Shown here: in pieces, positions 1 through 10,900 of the stretch
How the letters are laid out: the number at the start of each line of letters is the position of its first letter
How positions within the stretch are numbered: position 1 is the stretch's first letter
DNA from: a bacterium
Lineage (GTDB): Bacteria; Electryoneota; JAOADG01
Assembly (NCBI GenBank): GCA_963681965.1
Contig: OY820579.1
Span: 4,000,001-4,064,000 of the forward strand
DNA length: 64,000 nucleotides
Direction of reading: 5' to 3'
Translations under genes and position numbers: made by a program
Notes under the pieces: generated by a model
Database searches by the model: none
Seen by the model: only the letters and a program-made list of their open reading frames with translations
What the model was told of the DNA's origin: nothing

Positions 1-467
1 ATCGCGACTTGACGAAATGCCGGCACTGCCAGTCGTTCCCAATTCGACAAATATTTCAAAATGACATTCAGCGCATTTGCCGCCAATTCTCGCTTGATCA
101 ACGTGTTTTCGCGGCGATCGAACAGCAGCTTGGTTGTCTCTTCAACCGGAGTCCAAGTAAACCGATAATAGAAATTGTAGGCTTCCCGATAAATTTTCTG
201 CACATCTTCGAATTTCAACGGCCACGGTCGTGTCAGATGGTACTGAAGCTGCGCCATCGACTCTTGCGGACTGTCGGAATTCATCATGATCTTCACGGGA
301 CCGAGTGCAATCTCGCCACCGAACAGTGGAGAAAACAGGATATACAGATAACTGCGGATAGTGCCGTGTGTTCGGTTGACAACGTCTTTCAGTTCCTGCT
401 TCCCATCCTGTTGAATAATCGATCGGGTATCCTGCAGGGAAATATGTTCAATAATGCCGCTATCCAT
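1..467 (-). CDS. Hypothetical protein, truncated at the window edge (MDSGIIEHISLQDTRSIIQQ...)
   Basis: Manual translation: ATG at 467 preceded by a strong RBS (AAGGAG), directly after the stop of the upstream ORF. The frame is open to position 1. Not in the ORF track. Confidence 0.7.
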   Translation of the reverse strand, partial: MDSGIIEHISLQDTRSIIQQDGKQELKDVVNRTHGTIRSYLYILFSPLFGGEIALGPVKIMMNSDSPQESMAQLQYHLTRPWPLKFEDVQKIYREAYNFYYRFTWTPVEETTKLLFDRRENTLIKRELAANALNVILKYLSNWERLAVPAFRQVA

Positions 468-476
468 AAATTCTCC

Positions 477-833
477 TTACTGACGGTGCTTGCGATTTCG
501 TTCGATTTCGAGTTGTTTTTCGATTTTCGAATGCAAATAACCGAGTTCGATCGGTCGATTATATTTGGCGGTAATCCAATCACCATTGGTGCGAATCGCC
601 ACAAGAATACTCTGCTCACCTTCGAGATATACCGCACAATCGGCTTTTTCCGGAAACAACGGGTGATGACCGAATGCCGCACAAACTTTTCCAATCCCTT
701 TGCTGTCAGTCGCTGCCGCATCGGCTGCGGAAACAACCGTACTCCCCTCGCAACCGGTCAACGTCTCGAGATACTTTCTCCAGAAAGTCACTCGGGGATT
801 GGGATTGCGATTTTCAGGTTCGTCACTCATCAT
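477..833 (-). CDS. Hypothetical protein (~118 aa), possibly a degenerate receiver-like fold
   Basis: Lies between the kinase stop (847) and the next gene in operon spacing. Start trimmed to MMSDEPEN. The C-terminus 'RPIELGYLHSKIEKQL' loosely resembles a REC beta5-alpha5 end. Confidence 0.55.
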   Translation of the reverse strand: MMSDEPENRNPNPRVTFWRKYLETLTGCEGSTVVSAADAAATDSKGIGKVCAAFGHHPLFPEKADCAVYLEGEQSILVAIRTNGDWITAKYNRPIELGYLHSKIEKQLEIERNRKHRQ

Positions 834-846
834 CGACTCGGAAACA

Positions 847-2754
847 CTATTCTTCAATATTGATCGGGATACTTGGTAACAGGAACGAAATACGATTCCA
901 TGGCTCGTTGCGATAGGGAACAATCACTCCGCCATTCTTCTGAATCAAGCGTTGCACGGCGAACAAACCGATGTCGGTACCGCCTGCTTCGGCACGGAAG
1001 AATGGGTCGAACAAGCGCGCGAGAATTTCCGGCGACGACTTGGGACCGTTGTCGTTGAACCGGATGACGGTACCACCGCCTAAATAATTCTGGCGAATCG
1101 ATTCCAATGTAAAGACTTGCTCCGGTTCGGTCAATGCCAAACCTTCCAACGGTGCCGCTTCGATCAGGATTTCACCACCCTGATCGACACTGTCGATCGC
1201 ATGAACGAGCAGATTCAACATCGTCTGTAAAATCTGGTCGGGATTGACAAATACTTTGATATCTTGCGCTGTTTCGACATACTTCACGGAAATCTTTTTC
1301 GCGGCGATTTTACTCGACATTAATTCGAATGTTTGCGTGTGTATGCCCGATACCGAGATCAATTCGGGTTGTTCACGACTGACCCGGATTGCGGCAAAGA
1401 ACGACTGGAACAGCCGATTCAAGCGATGCACCTGACTGTTGGTTCGGTGCAGCATCTCGACCGCGGGATGATCCTTCTCCAATTTCAATTCGATCAATTG
1501 CGTCATGCCGGAAATACTAGCCAGCGGATTGCGAATATCGTGCGCGAGCGCAGATGCCAAAATTTCCATCGAAGCAAGTTGTTCCAACCGGATGCGTTCT
1601 TCCTGCATGTGCTTGATCAGCGAGATATCGCGGAAATGAATCACCGTACCGACTTTACGACCCAAGCGATTGGTCCGCGTAGTGACCGAATAGCCGATCT
1701 GAATTCGATTATAATTGATATCCACCGACAATTCGTATGTCTGCCACGGTTTATCTTCGCTCGCATGCTGCATAATCTCTTGGGCGATATTGTCGCCAAA
1801 CAGCGAACCGAGCGTCGATCCGAACACGACATCGTTATTCAAACCGATAATTTCGCGTGCCGCTTTATTCATGAATTCGAGACGACCGTTCAGATCGACG
1901 GTGATGACACCGGAATACAGCGAATCTAGAATACTGCGGCTGAACATGTGCACAGCTTCTTCCAATCGGTGCAATTGCGTAAGGTCGTGAAATACGATCG
2001 TGCGACCGCAAACGGAGCCATTTTCGTTCCGTAATTCGGTCAGCGAACATTCGATTACCATCGGACCGCGCGGTGTTTCGATATGCAGCTCGCGCGAAAG
2101 TAGAAAACTGGTGATTGGGGAATTCAGAATCAACTCTTCCGCTTCTTTTCCGAAGAGCTTGTGGAGCGGAGTATTCTGAACTTCAGTCGACTCTAGTCCG
2201 AGAGAGATAATTGCCGAACGATTGACAAAATAAACGCGACCGTTTTCCAGCACCGAGAGAATACCGATGCCGATCGAATCGATAATACTTTTTGCGTTGG
2301 TGGAGATATCGAAGGCGATCGGTTCATCCTGGGTAGAGGAGTCTGCCGTAGCCAGATCGGTTTTTCGGTCGGAGGTCGATTCCAGAGAATTGATGATATC
2401 AAGCAGCAGTTTCATCGATACGGGTCGCCGGAGCAGAAAAGAAGCACCGGTAAGATTCAAAAATTCGCGGGAATTGCGTTCGCTGTCTTCGGTAATCGCA
2501 ATCCAACTGACTGCTCCATCCGAGGGGAGACCGACTTTTTTCCGGTAAGCCCGGAGAATTTCGGTGTAGCTCATCTCGGAGGGGGGATCGTTTAAAACTA
2601 GCAGCGAAAATCGATGGCGGTTGGAAATTCCTTTCAACATCGTACCGGGAGTAGGGAAAGCACTAACGCTCCGCCCGGCATGTTCGAGGGAGCGTGCATA
2701 TTTTTCCCGTAGTTTCTCGTCTGGTTCGACTAATACAATTGAATCGATTTTCAC
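847..2754 (-). CDS. PAS-domain sensor histidine kinase with an N-terminal atypical receiver domain
   Basis: REC-like N-terminus, two PAS domains, H-box LAHDIRNPL, and a HATPase with degenerate N/G1/G2 boxes (HAIDS, DNGPKS, FDPFF, GTDIGL). Confidence 0.85.
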   Translation of the reverse strand: MKIDSIVLVEPDEKLREKYARSLEHAGRSVSAFPTPGTMLKGISNRHRFSLLVLNDPPSEMSYTEILRAYRKKVGLPSDGAVSWIAITEDSERNSREFLNLTGASFLLRRPVSMKLLLDIINSLESTSDRKTDLATADSSTQDEPIAFDISTNAKSIIDSIGIGILSVLENGRVYFVNRSAIISLGLESTEVQNTPLHKLFGKEAEELILNSPITSFLLSRELHIETPRGPMVIECSLTELRNENGSVCGRTIVFHDLTQLHRLEEAVHMFSRSILDSLYSGVITVDLNGRLEFMNKAAREIIGLNNDVVFGSTLGSLFGDNIAQEIMQHASEDKPWQTYELSVDINYNRIQIGYSVTTRTNRLGRKVGTVIHFRDISLIKHMQEERIRLEQLASMEILASALAHDIRNPLASISGMTQLIELKLEKDHPAVEMLHRTNSQVHRLNRLFQSFFAAIRVSREQPELISVSGIHTQTFELMSSKIAAKKISVKYVETAQDIKVFVNPDQILQTMLNLLVHAIDSVDQGGEILIEAAPLEGLALTEPEQVFTLESIRQNYLGGGTVIRFNDNGPKSSPEILARLFDPFFRAEAGGTDIGLFAVQRLIQKNGGVIVPYRNEPWNRISFLLPSIPINIEE

Positions 2755-3376
2755 CGACTAACCGCCTATTCTGCGAAGACTTAAAAAGAACAAAATGATA
2801 CTTAGCGAAAAACTGAAAGACTAAATTTGCAGTAAGAAGTACGGAACAATGAAGCGAAGCGAGCACTCTCAAGTCGTATGAACGCAATATATTTGTTATC
2901 CAACGCCCTAGACAAGCTTTTTATCGACATTTATGAACTAGAATTGACCACCATCACTTCATTTCACTCGGATACATCAGCTAACTGATCGTTTTCAAAC
3001 CGACCCGGATTCTCATTGAAACGGTAGCGATTTTGTAAAACATTATAAAATTGCTTCAATCGGATGCAAACTTCAACTGAATTGTGTATTTTAAGATCGA
3101 AAGCAATATCCAACCGGCTGACTGATAAATTGGTATTTTGTAAAATCACACGTCGTTAGAAACCTAACATCAATTTAATCAATCCTCGAAGAGGAATAAC
3201 AACACACAGATCCTGATAATAAACGATTTTATTTATTTTCGATTTATTAGTTATACGATAAAAATAAAATATCTTTCGGGAAAAAGTAGCGACGACTAGC
3301 GTAAGTAAATTAATTTATTTAATTTCATTAAGATGCATTTATTTATCGGTGTGTTTTGAAGGAATAAGGAAGTATC

Positions 3377-4261
3377 GTGTCTGAATCCGAATCAGCAGCC
3401 AATCGTCTTGATCAAATCTCCAATCTGCCCACTATTCCCGGAATTCTGGTTGAAATCCTCGGATCGTTGCAGGATCCCAATATTGGCTTCGATTCCTTAA
3501 AAAAAATTGTCTACAAAGATCCGCCACTCGCCGCACGGATTTTACGGATTGCCAATAGCGCTTATTTCGGAAGATCGAATCCGACCAATTCACTGGAGAC
3601 GGCTTTTTTAACGATCGGCATCAATGAATTAATCATGATTATCTCTAGCATTGGTGTCGTCAATTCGTTTGCGCAATTCGGCAATCGCTCGTTCGATCGT
3701 CGCATCCTTTGGAAACACAGCTTAATGACCGGTCTGGTTGCCCGTTATATCAGTCAAAAATTGAATCTCGGGCAGCGAACCAATAACGACGAATTCATCG
3801 CCGGACTGTTGCACGATCTGGGTCATATCATCATTTCGCACTATTTTCCAAAAGAATTCGTTCGCATTCAGGATAGTGCGAAACAAGGACTCGATCCTTT
3901 GGAAATCGAACGCTCAGAACTTGGCAACGACCATTCGGAGATCTCGGCGTTGATTGCTACCCGTTGGCGGTTCTCCGAGACGTTAGTAAATATTCTGCGG
4001 TTCCACCACACTCCTGAGCAGTTCCCCGGCGACCGAACACTGGTACGATTGATCCACTTTTCCGATCGCATTTGCAGTTGGCGACCGAGCGATGAAAAAC
4101 CGATCCCGGTAGAAAATTTGATACTGGATCCGGAATTATTGAAAATAGCATTTCCCGATGCGATACCTGAACGCCTCATTCAGTATTCATTGGCGATTCG
4201 GGAATTGCCTAAAGAAATGGAACGATTTAACGATTTAGCATCGACGATGGATATCTCGTAA
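3377..4261 (+). CDS. HDOD domain signalling protein
   Basis: LPTIP, DPPLAARILRIANSAYF, W.HS, AGLLHDLG and 'G.DH..I...W.F...I.FHH.P' motifs typical of HDOD. RBS AAGGAAG precedes the GTG. Confidence 0.9.
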   Translation: MSESESAANRLDQISNLPTIPGILVEILGSLQDPNIGFDSLKKIVYKDPPLAARILRIANSAYFGRSNPTNSLETAFLTIGINELIMIISSIGVVNSFAQFGNRSFDRRILWKHSLMTGLVARYISQKLNLGQRTNNDEFIAGLLHDLGHIIISHYFPKEFVRIQDSAKQGLDPLEIERSELGNDHSEISALIATRWRFSETLVNILRFHHTPEQFPGDRTLVRLIHFSDRICSWRPSDEKPIPVENLILDPELLKIAFPDAIPERLIQYSLAIRELPKEMERFNDLASTMDIS

Positions 4262-4298
4262 CACGAATTCCATCTCGAGCAAATCAATTGGGTGAAAT

Positions 4299-5408
4299 AT
4301 GAATGGCACTCCCGCACGAATACTAGTAGTTGACGATGAACCGAATTTGCGCGATTTGCTCGAATCATTCTTAGTACAATTGGGTTACGAAGTTGAAACT
4401 GCTAGAGACGGTATCGAAGCGTTAGCCAAGATCGACCTCGATTTCGATTTAATGTTCCTCGATCTGATCATGCCCGGCATGGATGGCTACGAAGTCATTC
4501 AACGCGTCCGCGAAAATCCCAGCGGGATCGACCTGCCGATTATTGTGTGTACCGGTTTAACCGGTTCCGATCATCGATTGCAAGCGATCGAAATGGGTGC
4601 CAACGATATCGTGTTGAAGCCATTCGATTTCACCGAGATCCGCATCCGAGCAGCCGTACAACTCCGCGTCAAATCCGCTTTCAACGACTTGCGCCGAAAG
4701 AAAGACGATCTCGAAGCAGTAGTAACGAAACGAACGCAAGCCCTCCGCAAATCGCTGGACGACGTCGTCAATGCCGAACGGAAAGTTCGCGAAGCCTATA
4801 TCGAATCAATCTATCGACTGGTCATTGCGACGGAATATTCCGATTCCAACACCGGCTTTCATATTCAGCGGATGAGCAAATACAGTGCGCTGATCGGTCG
4901 CACTGTCGGGCTTTCGCCGGGTGACGTTGAAACCATACTCCACGCCAGCCCGATGCACGATATTGGAAAGATTGGTACTCCACAGGAAATCCTCTCGAAG
5001 CCGGGCAAACTTACCGATTCCGAGCGAAGAGTGATTCAACAGCACACGATGATCGGTTCCCAGATCCTCATTAATTCATCGGCGGCATTGCTGCAAGCCG
5101 GTTCGGAAATCGCTTTGAGTCACCACGAACGGTGGGATGGTAAAGGATACCCGCATCGTCTAGCCGGCGAAGAAATTCCGGTATTTGCACGAATTAGCGC
5201 AGTAGCCGACGTATTCGATGCACTGACGACCGAACGTCCCTATAAACCGGCAATCTCCAACGATGCCGCACTGATGCTGATGAAAAACGAACGAGGACAC
5301 CACTTCGATCCGGTCATGGTCGATGCCTTTCTGGACAATTTCGATGAAGTCGAGCATATTCAACGAACGGTTATGAACAATATTTCACCGATATTTATGT
5401 TCGAATAA
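4299..5408 (+). CDS. Response regulator with HD-GYP cyclic-di-GMP phosphodiesterase domain (RpfG-like)
   Basis: REC domain (ILVVDDE, DLIMPGMDG, KPF) plus HDIGKIG and HHERWDGKGYP motifs. Confidence 0.93.
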   Translation: MNGTPARILVVDDEPNLRDLLESFLVQLGYEVETARDGIEALAKIDLDFDLMFLDLIMPGMDGYEVIQRVRENPSGIDLPIIVCTGLTGSDHRLQAIEMGANDIVLKPFDFTEIRIRAAVQLRVKSAFNDLRRKKDDLEAVVTKRTQALRKSLDDVVNAERKVREAYIESIYRLVIATEYSDSNTGFHIQRMSKYSALIGRTVGLSPGDVETILHASPMHDIGKIGTPQEILSKPGKLTDSERRVIQQHTMIGSQILINSSAALLQAGSEIALSHHERWDGKGYPHRLAGEEIPVFARISAVADVFDALTTERPYKPAISNDAALMLMKNERGHHFDPVMVDAFLDNFDEVEHIQRTVMNNISPIFMFE

Positions 5409-5596
5409 TCCAGCATATGGCAGTTCATTTGATTTAAATAAGATCTGATCGATTTCATCCCCGGTTTGCCGAACCGAGTGATTTTTCCGTATTTTGTAAA
5501 TCTTGGTTGGCATAACCAGCAACGGCAAATACGTCTGTTTAAGTTTGCCGCTAAACAGTTTTCACATAGTCTCGCCTTCAGTTTAGGAGTTCGATC

Positions 5597-6331
5597 ATGA
5601 AGGGTATCGTTCTAGCCGGCGGAACCGGAAGCCGTCTCTTTCCCCTGACCAAAGTCACCAATAAGCATTTACTCCCAGTCGGTCTCGCCCCGATGATATT
5701 TCATCCAATCTGGAAGTTGGTCGAAGCGGGTATTGAAGAGATCATGATTGTTACCGGTGTCGAACATGTCGGTGCTGTGGTTAATCTGCTGGGTTCCGGT
5801 CGCGAGTACAATGCCCGGTTCACTTACCGTGTCCAGGACGAAGCTGGCGGGATTGCACAGGCGTTAGGATTAGCAGAAAACTTTGTACACGGCGACCGCA
5901 TGGTCGTGATTCTAGGCGATAATATTTTCGAAGACAGCCTTGTCGATACCGTGAAGAACTTCGCGGTACAACGTCGAGGCGCCCGCATTTTATTGAAACA
6001 AGTTCCCGATCCGCAACGCTACGGTGTTGCCGAAGTTATCGACGGCAAAGTACTGAACATCGAAGAAAAACCGAAGCAACCGAAAAGCGATTGGGCAGTT
6101 ACCGGGATCTATTGTTACGATTCCGAAGTATTTAATATTGTAAAAACCTTGAAACCGTCGGCTCGAAACGAATTAGAAATCACCGATGTCAACAATTATT
6201 ACTTGCAACTCGGGGAATTGGAAGCGGATTACTTCAAAGGATGGTGGACCGACGCCGGCACCTTCGATTCCCTTCGCGTTGCCGATGATTTAGCACGAAG
6301 TGTCGCGGCACCGTTCGGGTCGAAAAAATAG
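5597..6331 (+). CDS. rfbA: Glucose-1-phosphate thymidylyltransferase (short form, RfbA/SpsI-like)
   Basis: GIVLAGGTGSRLFPLT..TNKHLLPV, LGDNIF, EEKP, PSARNELEITD and WWTDAGT motifs. Confidence 0.88.
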   Translation: MKGIVLAGGTGSRLFPLTKVTNKHLLPVGLAPMIFHPIWKLVEAGIEEIMIVTGVEHVGAVVNLLGSGREYNARFTYRVQDEAGGIAQALGLAENFVHGDRMVVILGDNIFEDSLVDTVKNFAVQRRGARILLKQVPDPQRYGVAEVIDGKVLNIEEKPKQPKSDWAVTGIYCYDSEVFNIVKTLKPSARNELEITDVNNYYLQLGELEADYFKGWWTDAGTFDSLRVADDLARSVAAPFGSKK

Positions 6332-6386
6332 TAATGTATCATCTACGCGACATAAGTCGCACCAGTGAGTCAATAAGGAGAACTAT

Positions 6387-7712
6387 ATGAAGTTAGCCGT
6401 TGTCGGTACCGGATATGTCGGTCTTGTTGCCGGTGCATGCTTAGCCGAGACCGGTCACACCGTCATTTGCGTCGACAAAGACCAGTCGAAAATCGATATT
6501 CTGCTGAAAGGCGAACTCCCAATCTACGAACCGGGTCTGCTGGAAATCGTCGAACATGCCGTGAAAAAAGAACGCTTGATTTTTTCGACCGATCTACCGA
6601 GTGCTGTCCGCGAATCGCAAGTCATCTTTATCGCCGTCGGAACGCCATCGGATGAAGACGGTTCCGCCGATCTGCAACACGTTCTCGCAGTTGCAAAAGA
6701 AATCGGTACTTCGATGAACGGTTACAAAGTAATCGTCGACAAGTCAACGGTACCAGTCGGTACGGCTTTGAAAGTACACGCCGAAGTCGCGAAATATACC
6801 CAACACGAATTCGACGTCGTATCCAATCCCGAATTCTTGAAAGAAGGCGCAGCCGTAGAAGACTTTTTACGTCCCGATCGCGTAGTGATCGGTGCCGACA
6901 GCGACCGTGCCCGCGAAGTCATGCAGGATCTGTATGCACCATTCGTACGACAGGGTCATCCGGTCATGGTGATGGATGTTAAATCTGCCGAAGTGACGAA
7001 ATATTCCGCCAATGCGTTCCTCGCCGTGAAAATTTCGTTCATCAACGAACTAGCGAATTTCTGCGAAGAAGTTGGTGCCGACGTGACCAAAGTGCGGATT
7101 GGTATGGGCAGCGATCGTCGAATTGGTACCGCGTTCCTTTATCCCGGTGTCGGTTATGGCGGATCGTGCTTCCCGAAGGATGTCAAAGCATTGCTCAAGA
7201 CTGCCCGCGACAACAACATGCCGTTGAAAGTCGTGGAAGCCGCCTCTAACGTCAACTACGAACAACGTCATCGTTTTCTCGCGAAGATCTACAAGCATTT
7301 CGGCGAAGATCTGACCGGTAAGCGATTCGCAATGTGGGGCTTGTCGTTCAAACCGCGTACCGACGATATGCGTGAAGCGCCAGCTTTGACGATTATCGAT
7401 GAACTGACCAATCGTGGTGCACAAATCGACGCCTACGATCCAGTTGCCTTGGAAGAAGCCGCTCGTCGATTGACCAATCACCCCCATCGCAACCAAGTGA
7501 ATTTGTGCGAAAATCAGTACGACGCACTGAAGGGCGCCGACGCATTGTTGGTCATCACCGAATGGAACGATTTCCGCGATCCCGATTTCGATCGAATGAA
7601 AGAGTTGCTGAAGACTCCGCAAATCATTTTCGACGGTCGCAATCTTTGGGAAGCCAGTAAGATTCGTCCCTACGGCTTTAAGTACATTTCGATCGGTCGC
7701 GCTGCGATCTAA
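6387..7712 (+). CDS. ugd: UDP-glucose 6-dehydrogenase
   Basis: GTGYVGL, SNPEFLKEG, GYGGSCFPKD (catalytic Cys) and FKPRTDDMREAP motifs. Confidence 0.93.
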   Translation: MKLAVVGTGYVGLVAGACLAETGHTVICVDKDQSKIDILLKGELPIYEPGLLEIVEHAVKKERLIFSTDLPSAVRESQVIFIAVGTPSDEDGSADLQHVLAVAKEIGTSMNGYKVIVDKSTVPVGTALKVHAEVAKYTQHEFDVVSNPEFLKEGAAVEDFLRPDRVVIGADSDRAREVMQDLYAPFVRQGHPVMVMDVKSAEVTKYSANAFLAVKISFINELANFCEEVGADVTKVRIGMGSDRRIGTAFLYPGVGYGGSCFPKDVKALLKTARDNNMPLKVVEAASNVNYEQRHRFLAKIYKHFGEDLTGKRFAMWGLSFKPRTDDMREAPALTIIDELTNRGAQIDAYDPVALEEAARRLTNHPHRNQVNLCENQYDALKGADALLVITEWNDFRDPDFDRMKELLKTPQIIFDGRNLWEASKIRPYGFKYISIGRAAI

Positions 7713-7728
7713 CTAGAGATGCTTCGAT

Positions 7729-7764
7729 AAAAAAACACCCCCGGTTTCGGGGGTGTTTTTTTTT
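7729..7764. terminator. Bidirectional intrinsic terminator after ugd
   Basis: A8-CACCCCCG-gttt-CGGGGGTG-T9. Confidence 0.85.
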
Positions 7765-7771
7765 AACGAGG

Positions 7772-7876
7772 TTCTTAAAAAATAAGTTGTCACGATTCGG
7801 TGTCAAGCCTTGCCTGACCTGCGGGCGGACGCGGGGGTCCGCCCCTACTAACGATAACAGCTTATTTTCAAGAGAT
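7772..7876 (-). repeat. TIR-bounded REP-containing miniature element, copy A
   Basis: Reverse complement reads TATCTCTTGAAAATAAGCTGTTATCG..GTAGGGGCGG-hairpin-CCGCCCGCAGGTCAGGC...GACAACTTATTTTTTAAGAA. Homologous to copies at 26468, 34712 and 50893. Confidence 0.8.
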
Positions 7877-7923
7877 ATTGATACTTATCGGGCGGATTAA
7901 TCATCCGCCCGAAAGATACTTAT

Positions 7924-10900
7924 TTACTTTTGGAAATTATTACGCTGCGATTCCGCACGTGGTAATCCGGTTGATGAATGCGAAGCAGTACCGAGATCGA
8001 TGATTTCGACAATTACTCTCCCGGTACCTTTTACGGTAATACCATCGTTTCGTCGAATACTACGATCCACGTTACCTTTTTCATCGACCGTTACCGATGC
8101 ATTGACATTGATCGGCAGAATCGAAAGTGTCGGCGCGACCGAACCGCGATTCGCATCGGAAACGATTCTGCCATGACCTCGTCGGATCTGACGTACTGAC
8201 GGACTTACCGTAGTCTTGCGCTGAGTTGTCGGTATTACTTTCGGCACACTGCGGGAAACAGCGGTTACCGGAGAGATCGACAAATCGGTGCTTCCGCGGT
8301 TCTCACCCTCGGCATGTACCGAACTCGTCGAAGCGCTGCTCGAATTAATCGAGATGTGATGATACGCTGTAATACGATAATACTTGGCTGGCAACGACGA
8401 CGTATCGGTCCAAGAGGTCGATTCATTTCCAATTGTCGCAACCAAATTCGATTTACTCACAGTATCGATCGCAAAGTAACCGGTTGTTCCACGATAGACC
8501 TCATACCCGTCGAAGGTTCCGGCAGCTGCCGACCAGCTTAAAACCGATTGACGATTGTCGAGAACAATTTGCAAATTCGATGGTGAGCTGAACGGTTCAA
8601 TACCAAATCCGGATACCACGAAAGTAAATGGATTGCGTAATAAATCGTTGTTCTCAATCGAAATCGTGCCCGACGACAATCCTGCCGATGTTGGCGTGAA
8701 TCGAATGACGAAGATCGACAAACTTCCGCCGGCAATCACGGAATCGGGTTGGGTTTGAACAGAATAAGAACCAGTCGCAGTTACACGTGGCGAACCAGTT
8801 AACTGTAGCGGCGATTCACCATAATTGTAAATCTTGTATGAGATGTCGCGATACAATCCTACGAAGGTGGTATCGGTCGGAACCGACCCGCCATTTGCGA
8901 TCGCGATCAATCCTCGTCGTAATCCAATTACAGGCGCAGAAGTATTCCCCATTACTTGGAACGTGAATGGCGTATTCAACAGATCAGAACTCGGAATGAC
9001 AACTGTTCCGTACGAGACACCGTACACTGACGGTGTAAAGCGAATCGTGAACGTCGTACTTTCTCCCGGTTGAAGGATACTGGCAGATGGATACGAAGCG
9101 ATCGCAAAATCACCGGTAACAGTAACTGCCGGCGATCCCGTTAAATTCAACTCGAAATCACCGGTATTGCTGATAGTGAAGATCTCATCGACACTGTGAC
9201 CCAACGCGGTAGAATCGACAGCGACCGTCGATTCCGACGGAATTGGTACGCCACCGATCGACAGCGAGATTTGCGGGGAAAGTGCAATACAGGTCACACC
9301 AAATTCAAACGGAGAATTCAATGAATCCGAACAATTGAAACTGATTGTTCCCGATGATATACCTGCTACAGTGGGTGTAAAATGGACGTAGAATTCTGTC
9401 AGTTCACCAGGATTGACGGTATTCGCCGGTTGCAGGGAGATAGTGAAATTACCCGTCGTCGTGACAATTGGACTACCACTCAGATCCAAATGATGGTTGC
9501 CGATATTGCGAATATAGATCGGTAACTCGATCGTTTCACCGAGCAACGTCGTATCGAAAGAAACAGTTGAAAGATGATTGACAATCGTTTGCGACCCGTA
9601 CAAGACTTCAACGACCGGCGTCGCGACATATGCCGAGAGATTGAAAGTATAAGTCGGATTGAGCGTATCGTTACTAGCGATTGTCACCGATCCGGTGGCG
9701 GCACCCATCTCAGTAGGTGTAAATCGAACAACGAAATTGGCGCTTCCATTCGCACTAATCGGCGAAGTCGGTTGCGTAACCACCGAGAAGTTACCGGTCG
9801 TATGAACGGCGGGAGTTCCGGTGAGATTCAACGGCATATTACCAGTATTTCTAATCGACAAGGTAACATCGATCGGACGCCAAATCTGAGTCGTATCGAA
9901 TACCACCCGACCAGTGGATGTCGGTACTTCGGTTGTTCCCGAATACACTTCAATCGATGGTGCTCGCACATACCCCGTGACATTAAATGTATAAGGATTA
10001 TGCGTCGAATCGCTGTTAGCGATAGTAACCGTACCCGAGATATCACCCAATGCCGGCGGTGTAAACCGGATTGTCATAGTGGTACTTCCTCCGGCAACGA
10101 TCGAGGTCGTCGGTAAAGAAGTAATCCGGTATCCCGTTGGCACTGTTACTAGCGGTGTACCCGTTAAATTCAAGGTTCGGTTACCGGTGTTGAAAATCGA
10201 GAAAGTCAAATCGACATTTCGCAAAAACGTGGTTGTGTCGTAGACGACAGTTGACGATCCACTCGGAATTGCCGTTGCTCCAAGGCGCACTGCCATTACC
10301 GGTGCGGCAACATAACCCGCAAGAGTGAATGTAAACGGAGACCGAAGCGAGTCGTTGCTCAAAATTGTCGCTGTACCGTAGTTCATTCCGATGGTAGTTG
10401 GGGTAAATCGCAGAATAAATGTCGACGATCCCGCTGCTGCGATATTGATGGCAGGACGCGTAAACAGCGAGAAGTTGCCAGTAGTCGACACCAGCGGATT
10501 CCCGGTCATAGTCAATGTTTGATTACCGCCATTGAACAGACTGAGTGGCAAATCTACTGAGTGCGATAACGAAGTGGTATCGAACAGTGCTGTATCGTTT
10601 CGAGCGATATTCAGCGCGCCATCGCGCACAGAAATTTGAGGACCGTTGGCGAATCCGGTCAAATTAATCTGATACGGACTGTGCAGTGTATCGGTATTGA
10701 GAATTGATAAGGTTCCAGAATTGATTCCTGTCAATCCCGGAGTAAAGCGTACAGTAAATGTAGTCGTTCCTCCAACCGCGATCGTTGTTGCCGGTTGCGT
10801 CACTACCGAGAAACTGCCAGTTGTCGTGACAATCGGGGTTCCAGTTAAATTGAGTGCGAAATTACCGGTATTGGCAATAGTAAGTACCTGATCGACACTC

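Noticed and set aside
9-863. 284-aa plus-strand ORF
   Set aside because: Antisense shadow of two minus-strand genes that have better RBS and operon context.
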